The position numbers and the translations under genes were made by a program. DNA of 47,935 bases, from the NCBI GenBank assembly GCA_010015585.1, contig ML975164.1. One strand, 5' to 3'. The notes under the pieces are model-generated. The model was not told where the DNA came from, did not search any database, and saw only the letters and a list, made by a program, of their open reading frames with translations. Positions 1-12,772 of this stretch are shown here, in pieces; the first letter of the stretch is position 1, and each line of letters opens with the position of its first letter. This DNA comes from Eremomyces bilateralis CBS 781.70 (Eukaryota).

Positions 1-2231
1 AACCCCTCCGCTTGCAGCTCTTCGGCCTCCTTCCATCGGCCTTGATTCCTGTACGTCGACGCCAGGTTGGCCATGATGGTCAGCGTGGAAGGATGATCTG
101 CGCCCAGCTCCTTCTCTTCTATCTTGAGGACCTGGGAATAAGCGACCTCTGCCTCACTCCATCGTCCGTCGGCGTCGAGGCAGGTTCCATATCTCCATTG
201 GAGATCTGTCCTCTTCTCCGAATTCTTCTGAAGGAGGTCAGACTGTAGTACAGCGCGCACGTGCGGCAGGTATGCCCTCCATTTGCTCCTGTTGGTGTGG
301 GTATTGTCGGGAAAAACTTCCTCTAGTCGTACGACTGCTTTGTCTGTCCACCGTACCAGTTGATCGTTCTCTTGAAGCCAGTTCCGAGTAGCTATATGTA
401 CTAACCGATGAAGATCGACCGTAAGACCTGTTGGACGTTTAGTAATAAATGAATAGGCGTGAAGCGTCCCGATAGCGTCTATCTCCTTCTTGCGAGATGG
501 GCCAGGGGAAAAATAACTCTGCGGGATTTCTTTTGGCTCAATGCATGCCATTAAAGATAAGTAGTCTGCTGCCAAAGAATCGTGCTGTTGAATTCGCTCG
601 AACGATATCAGCCATGTTGTGGCCACTGGGTTCTTAATATTGCGGTATCTGCCGTCATCTTCAAAGTCTTCGCTCAGAAGTTCAATTATAGACTCATCCT
701 GCTCATTAAGTAAGGAAAGATAGTCCGCGATCGAGGTGCCGTTCGCATTAATATACGCTGCCGCCTGAACAATGGCGAGCGGAAGGTAAGTCAGCTGTAT
801 AAGCAAGGTTTCGGTATCTGTTTGGCAGGCCGCTATATCGTGTCCGATCAAGCATTTCTGTAATAGCTCCGAAGCCACCTCTGAGTTCATTTCTTGGACT
901 TCTACCAAATTCTGAGACGCCAGCTTAGTAGCAACCTTCCTATCTCGCGTAGTAAAGAGGATGCTTCCTTGCCTGCTCTTTGGAAGGTAGTCGAGGAGAC
1001 GGATAGATTGTTTCTCAGCTGGTTTTCCTATCCACATATCCATGTCGTCGGCGTTGTCAAACACCATGAGCCACTGGCCCGCGCCCTCGTTACTGAGGTA
1101 ATTCTGAACTAGACGCTTCACGTCTGCTCCTTGCTCATCTCTTCCAGGTATATCCAACTCTTCGGCGACTGCCGAGAATGCCTGAAGAAGGGTTTCAGGA
1201 TCGGTCGCGGGAATCCAAAATACTGAGCAGTCCCTCTGTTTCTCCATGGTCCGATAGACCGTCTCGATCGCCAATTGTGTCTTCCCTACGCCTCCAAGTC
1301 CTGTAATGGCGATCTTTACGGTTTGGTCATGTCGGAAAAGTAGTTTTTCAATTCTAGAAAGCTCGGATTCGCGACCGGTGAAGCGAAGATTGCGCTCGAA
1401 GGGCATAGTACGTGCTAGCTTTTCGTCTAAACAATGGAGTACATTAGCAAATGGAGATGCAAAATTGATAACAAAGACCTCACATGACCGCGATTTATGC
1501 TCTGAGTCCTTGATCTCTCGTCGCAGCCTTCTCATTGCATTCTCTTTCCCTTCACCATATATCAGTGGCAAGAAAACGCCGAAAATTCCAAGGAGACAGT
1601 ATGTCATGTCCTCCTCCTCGGTCGTTTGTCGCTTCTCTACCCATCGAAACTTCTCCTTGACGCTGAAGTCATGGAGAGGACGGCCTTGTAGTGCCTCTAT
1701 GGCGATTCCTGTTTTCTCGCAGACAGGCCGTTCGAGTGACTTTTTATCACCTAATCGGACGTGATCTCGGGAGTAAAATTCGACTATTCTCGGCGCGAGA
1801 AGCTCTTGGAGTGTCCATCCTCGTGTGAACCATCGGCTATTGCGCAAAGAAGACTCCCACTCGATATTAGTAGCCTGGCCACCTTGCGTGCTTACAGAAA
1901 CGTCTGAAAGATAGACGTAGCATCGCGCCGCATTCTGGTACCAGCGAAACATGGAGTTGATCGCCTTCGTAAGTTCGTTGGTATCTGACTTATCGATGCA
2001 GCATGTGTCCACCCAGAAATAGGATAGACTGTCGGATTTGGCTTGATCTCCGCAGAATATCAGCTTCTGGTATCCAGCCTTATTATTTCCAGTACCGTCC
2101 ACGACGTCCTTGAATGTGACTTCATCGCTGTTGCTTCCCCATGTATGAGAAAGTATGGCATAAGGAGGGATCGTGGTTCCAAAGGTCTCTAGAATGAACC
2201 CCCCGTTGCCGTTGAGCTTTAAGAGGCGCAT
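1..2231 (-). CDS. Fungal NLR-like protein, HET + NB-ARC + TPR; C-terminal part continues beyond the window edge
   Basis: Manual translation from ATG 2231: MRLL...YAILSHTWG...YFWVDTCCIDKS...AINSMFRWYQNA..CYVYLSDV...SRWFTRGWTLQELLAP (HET domain); PFERNLRFTGRESEL, Walker A GLGGVGKT (~1280-1303) and WLMVFDNADD (NB-ARC); LGADHPSTLTIMANLASTYRNQGRWKEAEELQ (TPR). Probable intron 1427-1483. The frame is consistent from 2231 to base 1, so the ORF track probably omits it for lack of a stop. Confidence 0.92.
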   Translation of the reverse strand, partial: MRLLKLNGNGGFILETFGTTIPPYAILSHTWGSNSDEVTFKDVVDGTGNNKAGYQKLIFCGDQAKSDSLSYFWVDTCCIDKSDTNELTKAINSMFRWYQNAARCYVYLSDVSVSTQGGQATNIEWESSLRNSRWFTRGWTLQELLAPRIVEFYSRDHVRLGDKKSLERPVCEKTGIAIEALQGRPLHDFSVKEKFRWVEKRQTTEEEDMTYCLLGIFGVFLPLIYGEGKENAMRRLRREIKDSEHKSRSCEVFVINFASPFANVLHCLDEKLARTMPFERNLRFTGRESELSRIEKLLFRHDQTVKIAITGLGGVGKTQLAIETVYRTMEKQRDCSVFWIPATDPETLLQAFSAVAEELDIPGRDEQGADVKRLVQNYLSNEGAGQWLMVFDNADDMDMWIGKPAEKQSIRLLDYLPKSRQGSILFTTRDRKVATKLASQNLVEVQEMNSEVASELLQKCLIGHDIAACQTDTETLLIQLTYLPLAIVQAAAYINANGTSIADYLSLLNEQDESIIELLSEDFEDDGRYRNIKNPVATTWLISFERIQQHDSLAADYLSLMACIEPKEIPQSYFSPGPSRKKEIDAIGTLHAYSFITKRPTGLTVDLHRLVHIATRNWLQENDQLVRWTDKAVVRLEEVFPDNTHTNRSKWRAYLPHVRAVLQSDLLQKNSEKRTDLQWRYGTCLDADGRWSEAEVAYSQVLKIEEKELGADHPSTLTIMANLASTYRNQGRWKEAEELQAEG

Positions 2232-2960
2232 CGTGGGCCACAGTACTCCGAATCGACAGAGATTGTCGTTATCGAGGAATTGTGACGGCTATTCTGGAAC
2301 ATTCGAACGACATATTAACTGAATCATAGACGCACCAAGACGGACTGCGATGAACATTGTGACCAGGCACAAGGCTGCGCAGGAGCTTTCGGAAGCGCGA
2401 GGCCGAGCTGCACCAAGACCAGCTGATGTCGATCGAATTGTGGTTTAGCGACGCAGATAATTTGCGACCCCTCTCCATCTCTTACATGTTTAATATCATT
2501 GTAGTTAGCATATAATGTCGATAAGTCGATGATCCATACGGCTGACTTCCGTTCAAGATCGTCTCAGATGGAGGTCATAAAAAAACATGAATGCGCGGCT
2601 GGTCGTTCAAATTCATATATCTATTAACTTACCTTCCCAGTTCCCATTCTAGTCCCATCTAATTACTGTAGTTACTCCGCCGTAACGCTCGTTCCTTTAC
2701 ACAGGGACACTCCACATCACCCAAGAGGGTTAGTCTGCCAAGGCCATATAGAGGATTAGAGAGTCTGCTTGATTTTATAGTGTAATTTATGTTTTATACC
2801 ATACTTTCATGTTTCCATCCCTTCCATCTTTTCATCTGGCGCCATTCAACAGGACATCAACAGGACATGTCCTAACCCTCATAACCAATAACGAAGCTCG
2901 TCTTGTCCTCCTTTATCTCCTCTATTTAATCCACCCTCCCCTCCTTTCCCATCTACCACC

Positions 2961-3848
2961 ATGTCCATCCCAACCACCACCCTCACCCGCTCCCTCCGTC
3001 GCCTCCCTCGCTCCCTCCCCCCCCCGGCCCGCTCTCTAACCCCCCTCCTCCACCCTCGCCACTACCACGACCCCACAGCCCCCTCCCCCGCCCCCTACCC
3101 CCCCACCGAAACCGCCATCCTCACCGCTTCCCTCCTCCGCGTCCCCACCTCCGGCTTCACCCCGACCACCCTCACCCTCGGCGCGCGCGACGCGGGCTTC
3201 CTCGACGTGTCGACGAACTTGCTGCCGAACGGCGTTTTTGACTTGGTGTTGTTTCATCTGGCGACGAGGCGGTTGGCGTTGCGGAGTGAGGTGCAGTTTG
3301 TGGAGGGGGAGGGGGAGTTGGGGGTTGGGGAGCGGGTGAGGGGCTTGTTGTGGGCAAGGTTGAGGGGGAATGAGGCGGTGGTGGGGAGACTGCATGAGGT
3401 AAGTTCGATTCGGTGTTTTTCCGCACTGTGGTTGTTCCCCGACCGCCTCTCATGCCTCGGTGGAGGCGGTTGGTAGTAAATGACGGACCGGAGCGTGTGC
3501 TAACAACGACAATAGGCCCTCGCAATAATGGCCCAACCCACCCACATCCCCGCCTCCCTCACCGCCCTCTTCACCCTCTCCTCCGACATCCTCCACCTCG
3601 CCGGCGACACCTCCCTCGATACCGCCTGGTACACGAAGCGCGCGTCCACCGGCGCGCTGTACGCCGCCGCGGAGCTCTACCAGACGCAGGACCAGAGTAC
3701 GGACTTCCGCGACACGGCACGGTTTCTGGACGATCGGTTGGAGGAGCTGCGAGTGGGTGGGGAGGCGCTGGGGGATGTGGGGGAGTGGGTGGGGTATGCG
3801 GGGAGGAATTTGGTGAATGTAATGAGGAGTCGGGGGGTGAGGGTTTGA
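2961..3848 (+). CDS. COQ9: Ubiquinone biosynthesis protein COQ9 (mitochondrial)
   Basis: Two exons joined by GTAAGT...GCTAAC...TAG intron 3399-3515. Arg/Ser-rich presequence; motifs GARDAG, ALAIMAQP and LSSDILHLAGDTSLDTAWYTKRA...YAAAELYQTQDQS.DF.DT..FL..RL. Confidence 0.9.
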
Positions 3849-4530
3849 GAGGAGGATGGGGAAAGAGGGGGGTTAGAAGGAGTATACGGGGGGTTCGGAG
3901 ATCAAGAGAGGACGGTAGAGAGATAGAGGCGAAGTCAGGAATGGTTGGCATCGCTTTCATTACAATGGGTACATATCTGCCAAGACGAACAGACCGAGCC
4001 AAACCCCGTCGAATGATCTATCCCCCTATGCCACCGACCCACCCGCCAACGAAGAAAGTCGAGAGAGATCGTTGAATTGCACCCGGATACAGCGTCCCAT
4101 GACAAGGAGAAAAAGGCACGGAGTGAAGTGTTCAACGTTCTAAGATTCTGAATCGCGTCGTTGCGTGGGCCGAAAATCCATCGGTGCATCTATCCATCCA
4201 CCCATCCCGTTTGACCTGGCCCCTGAACCATCCCCTTACCCCGACGACGACGGCGCGCATCCCACCGCATTCTCCACCGAACCGAAAACCAAAACAACAA
4301 CGTCAAGCGCCAAAGATGGAGTGCGGAACAGGTAGGCCGGTGACTTGCAGCCCGGCCGTCATGGATTCTAGGGCAGCTTGCTCGGCGCGCTCACGCTCGC
4401 AACGCTTGTCTTCCTCTTGATTGAAGCTAGATAGAAAAGAAAGGAAACCATTATGTCAACAAATCTGCTCAGATGATAAAGATAAAAATATTCGTGGGAA
4501 GATGGGGGGATCGTTTTTCTCGTAGCCGGC

Positions 4531-5943
<1,413 letters not shown>

Positions 5944-8147
5944 TCAAAGCCAATGATTTTCGTGCGGTGAATTGGTTGAATTCCAATCCTATTGACAATC
6001 AAGTCAACAAAGAGTCTATTGTGTTCACTATCAGCGCCGCCATTGAGGAAATTGTGTCCCACCACAAGAGACGACCATTAATAGACGGAGCCAGGCAAAA
6101 CAGCGCAGACAGCTTATGCTTTGAGCTTGTTCCCAGAACCATCAATATACATGCATTCGAGTGATCTCGAGTCGCAAATTGAACGAAGATATGGAGGTTT
6201 GTGAGGCTGAGTCAATAGGACTTACAATAACTCCTCCGCGCCCCTCGGGTTTCCAGCTCAAGATCGGGGTATCAAACAGTGAACAGCCTGCTCCGTCTCT
6301 CCAAGTCTTTTAAGTCTGTAAACTTTCCCACAAGTTTGCTCGGAGCAGCGGTTCGCAAACAGCAACAGGATCGGAGGATGATCAATGAGGGGTCCGAATG
6401 CTACAAGCGCCGTGATCGGAAGTCGAAGCGATCCTCGAGGAAAGCGATCCTGTTCAGGAAAACAACGTGAAGAGAGTCTGCAGCGACTTGATCCTATCTT
6501 GCAATATGGAATCCAAGGCAAAGAGACAACGACTTTGTCGAGAGAGAGTCGTCGGATTAATGTATGGAATGGAGGGATGTTCAGATGGGGATATGTGGAT
6601 GCATCTGATGTGCGGGGCCGTTCAGTTGGCTCATTAGAAGGCTGGCCTAAAATGCGGCCACAGGATGTCCGCCTCACACTGTCACACACTAATACTGGTT
6701 ACAGGTTACCAGCCACGCAACTTCGGGGGTCGATGGATAATGGATTGCAAGGTCGGCGAATAAATGATGATAGTCTATCGAATAGCATAGTTATGAGATC
6801 AAGGGCAGCTTCCTGGGGCCGCCTCTCTGTTAAGAACTCCATTCAGATACTACACAATCTCAATCCCCGAACCAGCATGTCCTCTCAACGTTGAGAGTTG
6901 AGACACTGATGAGAGACAGCAGAGAAACGGGCTATCTCTTGTCTCTATGGAGTGACGAGCTTGTCTGGACCTTACTCAAAGTCTCAAACCCACTAACCTC
7001 AACCATCACCCATGATTTGAGTAACAGTTCCAAACTCCCAACTCCAACCTACCGTCACGCCATAGGAGGACGTCCATGAATAGCAGCAGTCCTTCGACTC
7101 GCCGAACCTTCCCCGTTTCAAACACGGGTACCGACTAATATCGAGAATAGTTGGTTGGCGGCTACCCAGCCACTCAGCATACGAGAAACCGTGTCACTGG
7201 TCACAAGTATCCAGATCATGTTGGATCCCGTGTGCATCACATTTGCGACAGCCGCCCTGAATGGATCCTTATCCTTTGCATATTTGATGCCCCATATCGA
7301 GTCCTCCCCAATCCCATAGTTATTCCTCAACCGTGCTAGTTTTTTAATATTTTCCGAGAATACCAAGGTACCCGTCCCAGTCATCACATGCTGCTGCTGG
7401 ATCCCGTTCCAATCTAGGGTTCATAAGGACCAAGCCACCAACGTTGGCGGGCCCACCAGCGGACCAGCCCGCTCAGGCTGTCCGAAACCATTCGTAGAGG
7501 TTTTTGAAACCATGGTTCCAGAATCTTGCCCGGTCTCCTTTAGTGACCTTTGCGGGCTTTACCGTACTGTACACTGTATATCTGAGTCTTTCGTTTGGTG
7601 TCAGGATGATTGGGTCGAGTTTTAGCCCGTTCCATGTCATGCCCTTGGTCTACAGTGTTGCAATCCGCGGCCGGATGAGTCGCTGCCGTCATTAAGATGC
7701 CCGTTCACAGTTCACAAACGAAACGCTCTCACGTCGTCGTCGTTTAGCGACATCGTCGGGGTCTCAGTCATGGTCTCAGTCACGTTCTTCTAGTGTCAAG
7801 ATGGTTAAGAAAATCGGATTTCATTGTGTCATTCACGCGGAAGGGAAGCACTTCGTATCCATGTATCTGGATCATCATGTCTACCAACTCCACGGCCGTG
7901 AAACCCAGCCAGATTGCTGTATGTTCGTATGCAGGGTATATCCATCAGGAGTAAAGCTACCGCCCATTATTCCTCCGATAGTCTAGTTTGCGTGGTGGTC
8001 TTCCAAGAAAAAGTACCGCTCGAGCATCGTATCGCGCCCACCTGTAGCCCCTCCAGGCCTCCCTCTACAAGAGCACCCGGACCTCATCACCCTCCCTGAA
8101 CGACAAGTCCCATCTATCGGACCTCACCACTCCCAAAGTCTTCGTCG

Positions 8148-8440
8148 TCAATTCGGACTCGAAGCCATCGGCTAAGCGAACACATAACAAGTCAGCCATA
8201 CCGCCCATCACCGGTCATGGAGGGGGGGAACCTACCGGATATTCATTCCCGTCTTTGACGACCTTCGGCTCGCAGCTGCAGCGGTCGGATTTTGGGATCG
8301 AGCTGAAGACGGTGGAGACATGCGAGCCGCATCCGTACCACGTCGCCTTGTCTGGGTTGGAGGTCAGTATCGGGGTGCTGCAGCGGTAAGAGGGAGGGCG
8401 GAGACGTACTGCATTTGTCACAGGTGGCTTGACGGCACAT
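8148..8440 (-). CDS. Small (56 aa) Cys/His-rich hypothetical protein, putative metal-binding
   Basis: Two GT-AG introns (~8353-8409; 8172-8235) give MCRQATCDKCNKATWYGCGSHVSTVFSSIPKSDRCSCEPKVVKDGNEYPPMASSPN*. The pattern C-x4-CxxC-xKxTWxGCGxH...RCxC resembles a small conserved fungal protein as I recall it. Confidence 0.75.
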
Positions 8441-9522
8441 GGTGAATCAGGTTTTCGAGGAACGCTGCTAATGATCTGTCTCTGTAGGATTGTGTGGTGT
8501 AGTTGAAGAGAAAGATCAACTCGACCGCACCATCTGGTGCGGCGGTTGACGTCGTCTTTATCTAATTTCTAACCACCGCACTCCACTGATTTACTAGTTC
8601 CCTATCTGGTAGAGAGCCACAACCCTTCCCAAATCAGTGAAATCCCACACCAACCTTTTACTTTCCCCGTCCCAACTCCCAACTCCACCGTCCCCACTAC
8701 CGGCGATTCGGCATGGGTAAGGCCATCCATCGCTCCCCATTTCACCCCCTAACTAAGTCTCCGATCCTTCACGAAGCCTCCGAAAACTATCCGCCATGCT
8801 TTGTCGTCGTCGATTGGCGTTCCCTCGCGCGGTGGATCGTCCGGTTGCAGGGGCGCTAGTTCGCGGTCGTTTCGCTTAGCATATCCTCCTTTCGTACGGC
8901 TTGCATAATAGCAATTAGCTATTAGTCAGTATAGGTGCTGGATGGTGGATGGAGGATGGAGGAGGGTTCGGGTCGTGTAGAATCGAGGGATCGGCGTGTG
9001 TGGCGTTTGGATGGGGATCGACGCTAGGATGGGGCTTGGGGGAAATGGGTTTGATTGGTGCGGCGGATGGAGGCGAGGGTTACAATACCGCTACATTGTT
9101 CGAGATTCGGAGATATAGTGGTGTGGCGTGGAAGAACTATCCGATATCCCGATGATCAGGGTACCGATCAGGATCGACGGGATGTAAGGGACAATCCAGC
9201 ATATCGGCGTATTTCAGGAGAGCTAGATTTGTTGCGAAAAGGCCTAGGAAGCATCCCTTCCATGAGTTCTGTATTCGTACACGCCGCCAAAAAACTAATG
9301 CATATAGGAAATCCATCGCGCATTGCAGCCATGAACTCATGATCCAGAGATGCATGCATCCGGCGCAAGTCATAGACATCGTCATCGAGCATCGACTCGA
9401 GGAGGGAGAGATCCCAAGCCATGCCAACCGGGTCGCCGGAACCATCCGATCCACGAAGTGAGAATCCAGGAAAGTATACACTCCACAGAGGCCGGTATGT
9501 ATCCAAAAAAAGGGAAACCAAA

Positions 9523-11697
9523 TCATACAAACGCTCCAGGTGCCGCGCCCGGCCCTCCGCTACTCGCACCTCCCTGTCCTTCTCCACCACCACCATCCCC
9601 TCCTTCGGGTCTACTATGCCTCCGATACGCCTCCCACTCCTCCACCTTCTCATCCACCTCACTAAACTCACTCTCATCCTCACTATTCTTCCTCTCCTCC
9701 CTCCCTGGCACCTCCCACGCCTCATCATCGCTATACCCCAAATTCTCACTCTCCCCCTCCTCCCTCCGCCCCCCGACCCCTTCCTCCTCCAACGTCCGTG
9801 AATCCCCACTCACCAAACCCAACCGCTCCTCCTCCGTCGTCCCCGGCCCCGAGCTGTCCTTCCGATTAAACGACAGCGCGCCCCGCAACCCCGGACGCCG
9901 CTCGCCATGGAGCAACGACTTCCCGAGCACCGGCGACGACGCCGCGGCGGGGTGGCCTGCGGCCGCGTCGTGCGGGTAGGTGGGGCCATCGTCGCTGCGG
10001 TGGCGGTGGAAGACGTTTTGGAAGGAGAATTGGCGGCGACCGGAATCGGTGCCGTGTGGTGGCGGGGTGGGTGGGGATGATGGGGGCGCGTCGACGGAAG
10101 GGGCCCATTGGATGGAGACGGCGGGCGGTTTGGAGGAGTCGGGGTCGGAGACTTTGCGGAGGCCGGAGGGGAGGCCGTAGACGTGGGTGGAGGTGGTGCG
10201 GTCGGTGCTGGTGGTGGGTGAGTGGTCGGGGGGGAGGGAGGAGAGGGGGAGGGAGCGGTTGGGTGCGGTGCTGGTGGAGTCACCGCGGCGGCGGAGGGAG
10301 AATTTGCTGAAGAAGCCGGGGTGGTAGTCGGAGTCGGTGTCGGAGGCATCGCTGGGGAAGTGCGACATGCCGAGGGGGGGGTGGACGGTTTTGCTGCGTT
10401 GGAGGGTAGTGGGGTGGCCGGGGTCGTGGACGGTTTTTCGGCGTCGGAGGCCGTCCCATTCGACTTGCTCGCCTTCGCGGATCGGCTCCATGCGCTCGTC
10501 ATGCAGGCGCTTCGCTTCTTCGATCTGGCGATGCTGCCGGGCGGAGGAAAGGGAGCGGAGGATGGCGGCGCCACCGCGGATGGAGTCGGCGCGGGGCTCG
10601 GATTCGGGCTCTTCTTGCTCGGCGACGGTGCGCACTTGGTCGAGATCGCCTTTGAAGACGGCGGCGTCGGGGACGTCTTTGGCGGATTTGGAGAGCTGGA
10701 GGAGGACGACGCCGGCGCAGATTTGGAGGAAGCCCAAGACGCAGGTGGCGATCTGGGCGGGAGTGCCTTTGAAGCCGCGGAAGAGGATGGCAGAGGTGAT
10801 GATGGTGCAGCTGGTGAAGAAGACGTAGTAGGTGGGCGTGACGAGTGCGGCGTTGAAGAGGTTCAAGGCTTTCTGGGGACGGTTAGAGTGAATAGGGGAC
10901 CGGGGAGAGGAACGTACGTTGAGAAAGATGATCTCGGTGACCAGTGTCGCGATGACGAATACCAACAGGACATAGAGGAACCACTGGTTGAACTGTGGCG
11001 TACCACCGGCCTGTGCGACAATCGCCGCACCGAGACCTTGCGTTGCGACAACACTAAGTCCGCCAATGGTACTGCAGATGGTCAAGTACACCATCATGCT
11101 CTTCTTCCCCCATCGTGGACCGGCCCAGAACGCGGTGAAGATGCACCCCACGATTATGACGCCCGTATAGGTAAGAAACCCGGGCGATATCACCAACGGC
11201 TGCATCTGCTGGATGGTTGCCACGGCCGACTGGGACGGCGCATTAACAACAATCACCACTGAACCGAGAATGCAATTGAGGCACCCGACCTTCCCCACGA
11301 AACTCAGCCGTTCCTTCAGGAAGATCGCTGACAGGATCGTGGTCACCACGACAGACAGCGCCCCCAGCGGCGTCACCAAGATGGCATCGACGAACGCATA
11401 CGCAACGAAATTGCAGATCTCCCCGACGATCATCAGGGTCATGCCGGTCCACCACCACGCGTTCTTGAGATATCCATACCCCTCGCCCGCCTCTTCATTG
11501 TATTTCTCGTTCGCCTTCAGCAAGCCCACTTTCTTCACCACGAACGACACGCCGATGAACAGCCCCGAGGCGATTGCGAGGACGATCCCGACGACTTTGT
11601 AGACCGGGGGTCGGTTGGCCGGGTCCCCCCCGATCCCGCCGCTGCGTATATATAGATGTGCGCCCTCGACGGCAGCATTCGCGGGGTTGAGAATCAT
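9523..11697 (-). CDS. NIPA/DUF803 family magnesium transporter
   Basis: YKVVGIVLAIASGLFIGVSFVVKKVGL...GYLKNAWWWTGMTLMIVGEICNFVAYAF..AILVTPLGALSV...KALNLFNAALVTPTYYVFFT. First in-frame ATG at 11697; 45-nt intron 10873-10917; long low-complexity C-terminal tail. Confidence 0.93.
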   Translation of the reverse strand: MILNPANAAVEGAHLYIRSGGIGGDPANRPPVYKVVGIVLAIASGLFIGVSFVVKKVGLLKANEKYNEEAGEGYGYLKNAWWWTGMTLMIVGEICNFVAYAFVDAILVTPLGALSVVVTTILSAIFLKERLSFVGKVGCLNCILGSVVIVVNAPSQSAVATIQQMQPLVISPGFLTYTGVIIVGCIFTAFWAGPRWGKKSMMVYLTICSTIGGLSVVATQGLGAAIVAQAGGTPQFNQWFLYVLLVFVIATLVTEIIFLNVRSSPRSPIHSNRPQKALNLFNAALVTPTYYVFFTSCTIITSAILFRGFKGTPAQIATCVLGFLQICAGVVLLQLSKSAKDVPDAAVFKGDLDQVRTVAEQEEPESEPRADSIRGGAAILRSLSSARQHRQIEEAKRLHDERMEPIREGEQVEWDGLRRRKTVHDPGHPTTLQRSKTVHPPLGMSHFPSDASDTDSDYHPGFFSKFSLRRRGDSTSTAPNRSLPLSSLPPDHSPTTSTDRTTSTHVYGLPSGLRKVSDPDSSKPPAVSIQWAPSVDAPPSSPPTPPPHGTDSGRRQFSFQNVFHRHRSDDGPTYPHDAAAGHPAAASSPVLGKSLLHGERRPGLRGALSFNRKDSSGPGTTEEERLGLVSGDSRTLEEEGVGGRREEGESENLGYSDDEAWEVPGREERKNSEDESEFSEVDEKVEEWEAYRRHSRPEGGDGGGGEGQGGASSGGPGAAPGAFV

Positions 11698-12772
11698 GTC
11701 GAGTATGTATAGGGGGTGAATGAAGGGTCGGTGAGGTGGAGAGTTGGAAAGTCGGGGATATGTCGTTGCTTTCGGTGCGCATATGGACAGGAGGGGTATT
11801 AGGTGTAGGTTCAGATCGTATTGGCGTCTTATCGTGGCGGCGGCATTCTGTTGTGATGTTGCGATGGGATGAAGAGTTCTCGGTCGGGTGGTACGTTGTC
11901 GTTGCGGTGATATGTGGTCACCTTCCAGTTCAGGTTTCAAGTTTCAACCCGTTCCTGTCCCGCAATACGGAGTAGAATTCGATGTATTCCAAGTTCCAGG
12001 GTTGCCCGCCGATCGTCGCCTTCGAGATTCAAGATTGACGCCGGTGGCTGAGCAGGTCGAGTCGAGTGGCAACTCCGCAGTTGGTCCAATGGCGGTCTAG
12101 AACTCTTGGAGCAAAGACTGGAGATGAAATGGGATTCACTTTCAAAGATATACGCAAAAACACCGAATCCGAAGGAGGATATTAATTGCCGACAAGAGTT
12201 TTGCAAAGAGCGAGGTTTCAGCTTAGGAGGAGGAGGCGCAGTAAGAGGTAAGTATGGAATTGTGGAGGACGGGATGACGGGATTCGGGGTCAACAAGGCT
12301 CGTGGGAACAAGGTATTATGTTGCCAATGAACAGGTGGAAGACTGCATTCATAGAAACGTTGCACAAAGACGGACTGGAAAGAATGCGAATTGAATGAAC
12401 AGTAAATAGTAAGCATTAATCATACGTACGGAGGTATTGCCTGATACTACCTCGCCTCACCTCCGAGTGCCAGTGAGAACTCATGTGCAGTCCAACAACC
12501 CGATGGGGCAAATGGGAGGTTCGCGTCTGTTGCTGGGGCATCGACGAGACACAGCATGACTGAAGATGTGAGAGACGGTGGATCTCCCTTGTTTCATCTT
12601 TCAGGGTTCCACCTGCGTCGGGATTCTGGCCAAAGAATTATCTCCCGGTCCAGGTTCTAGTCTCCAAATATCCAGTATTAATGCCACGCGTCAGCTAGAT
12701 TTCTATCTTGGTGCTGTTCGAATTTGGAACAGCTCGAAAGTCGAAGCGACTCGTGAAACAGCTCACCTCATA

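Noticed and set aside
6258..7700. ORFs 6385-6894, 7118-7387 and neighbours upstream of the MAPK gene
   Set aside because: No recognisable domain and no consistent spliced model. They could be a decayed gene, but I cannot support that.
9350..11262. Long antisense and alternative-frame ORFs over NIPA, and similar ones over COQ9, COG4, SRC1, UBP14 and the MFS genes
   Set aside because: Low-complexity shadows of GC-rich, skewed coding sequence with no recognisable motifs.
12578..12772. N-terminal extensions from GTG/TTG starts in the ORF track (COG4, NIPA, SDR, MFS)
   Set aside because: These are eukaryotic genes and the extensions look like UTR sequence, so the first in-frame ATG was used.
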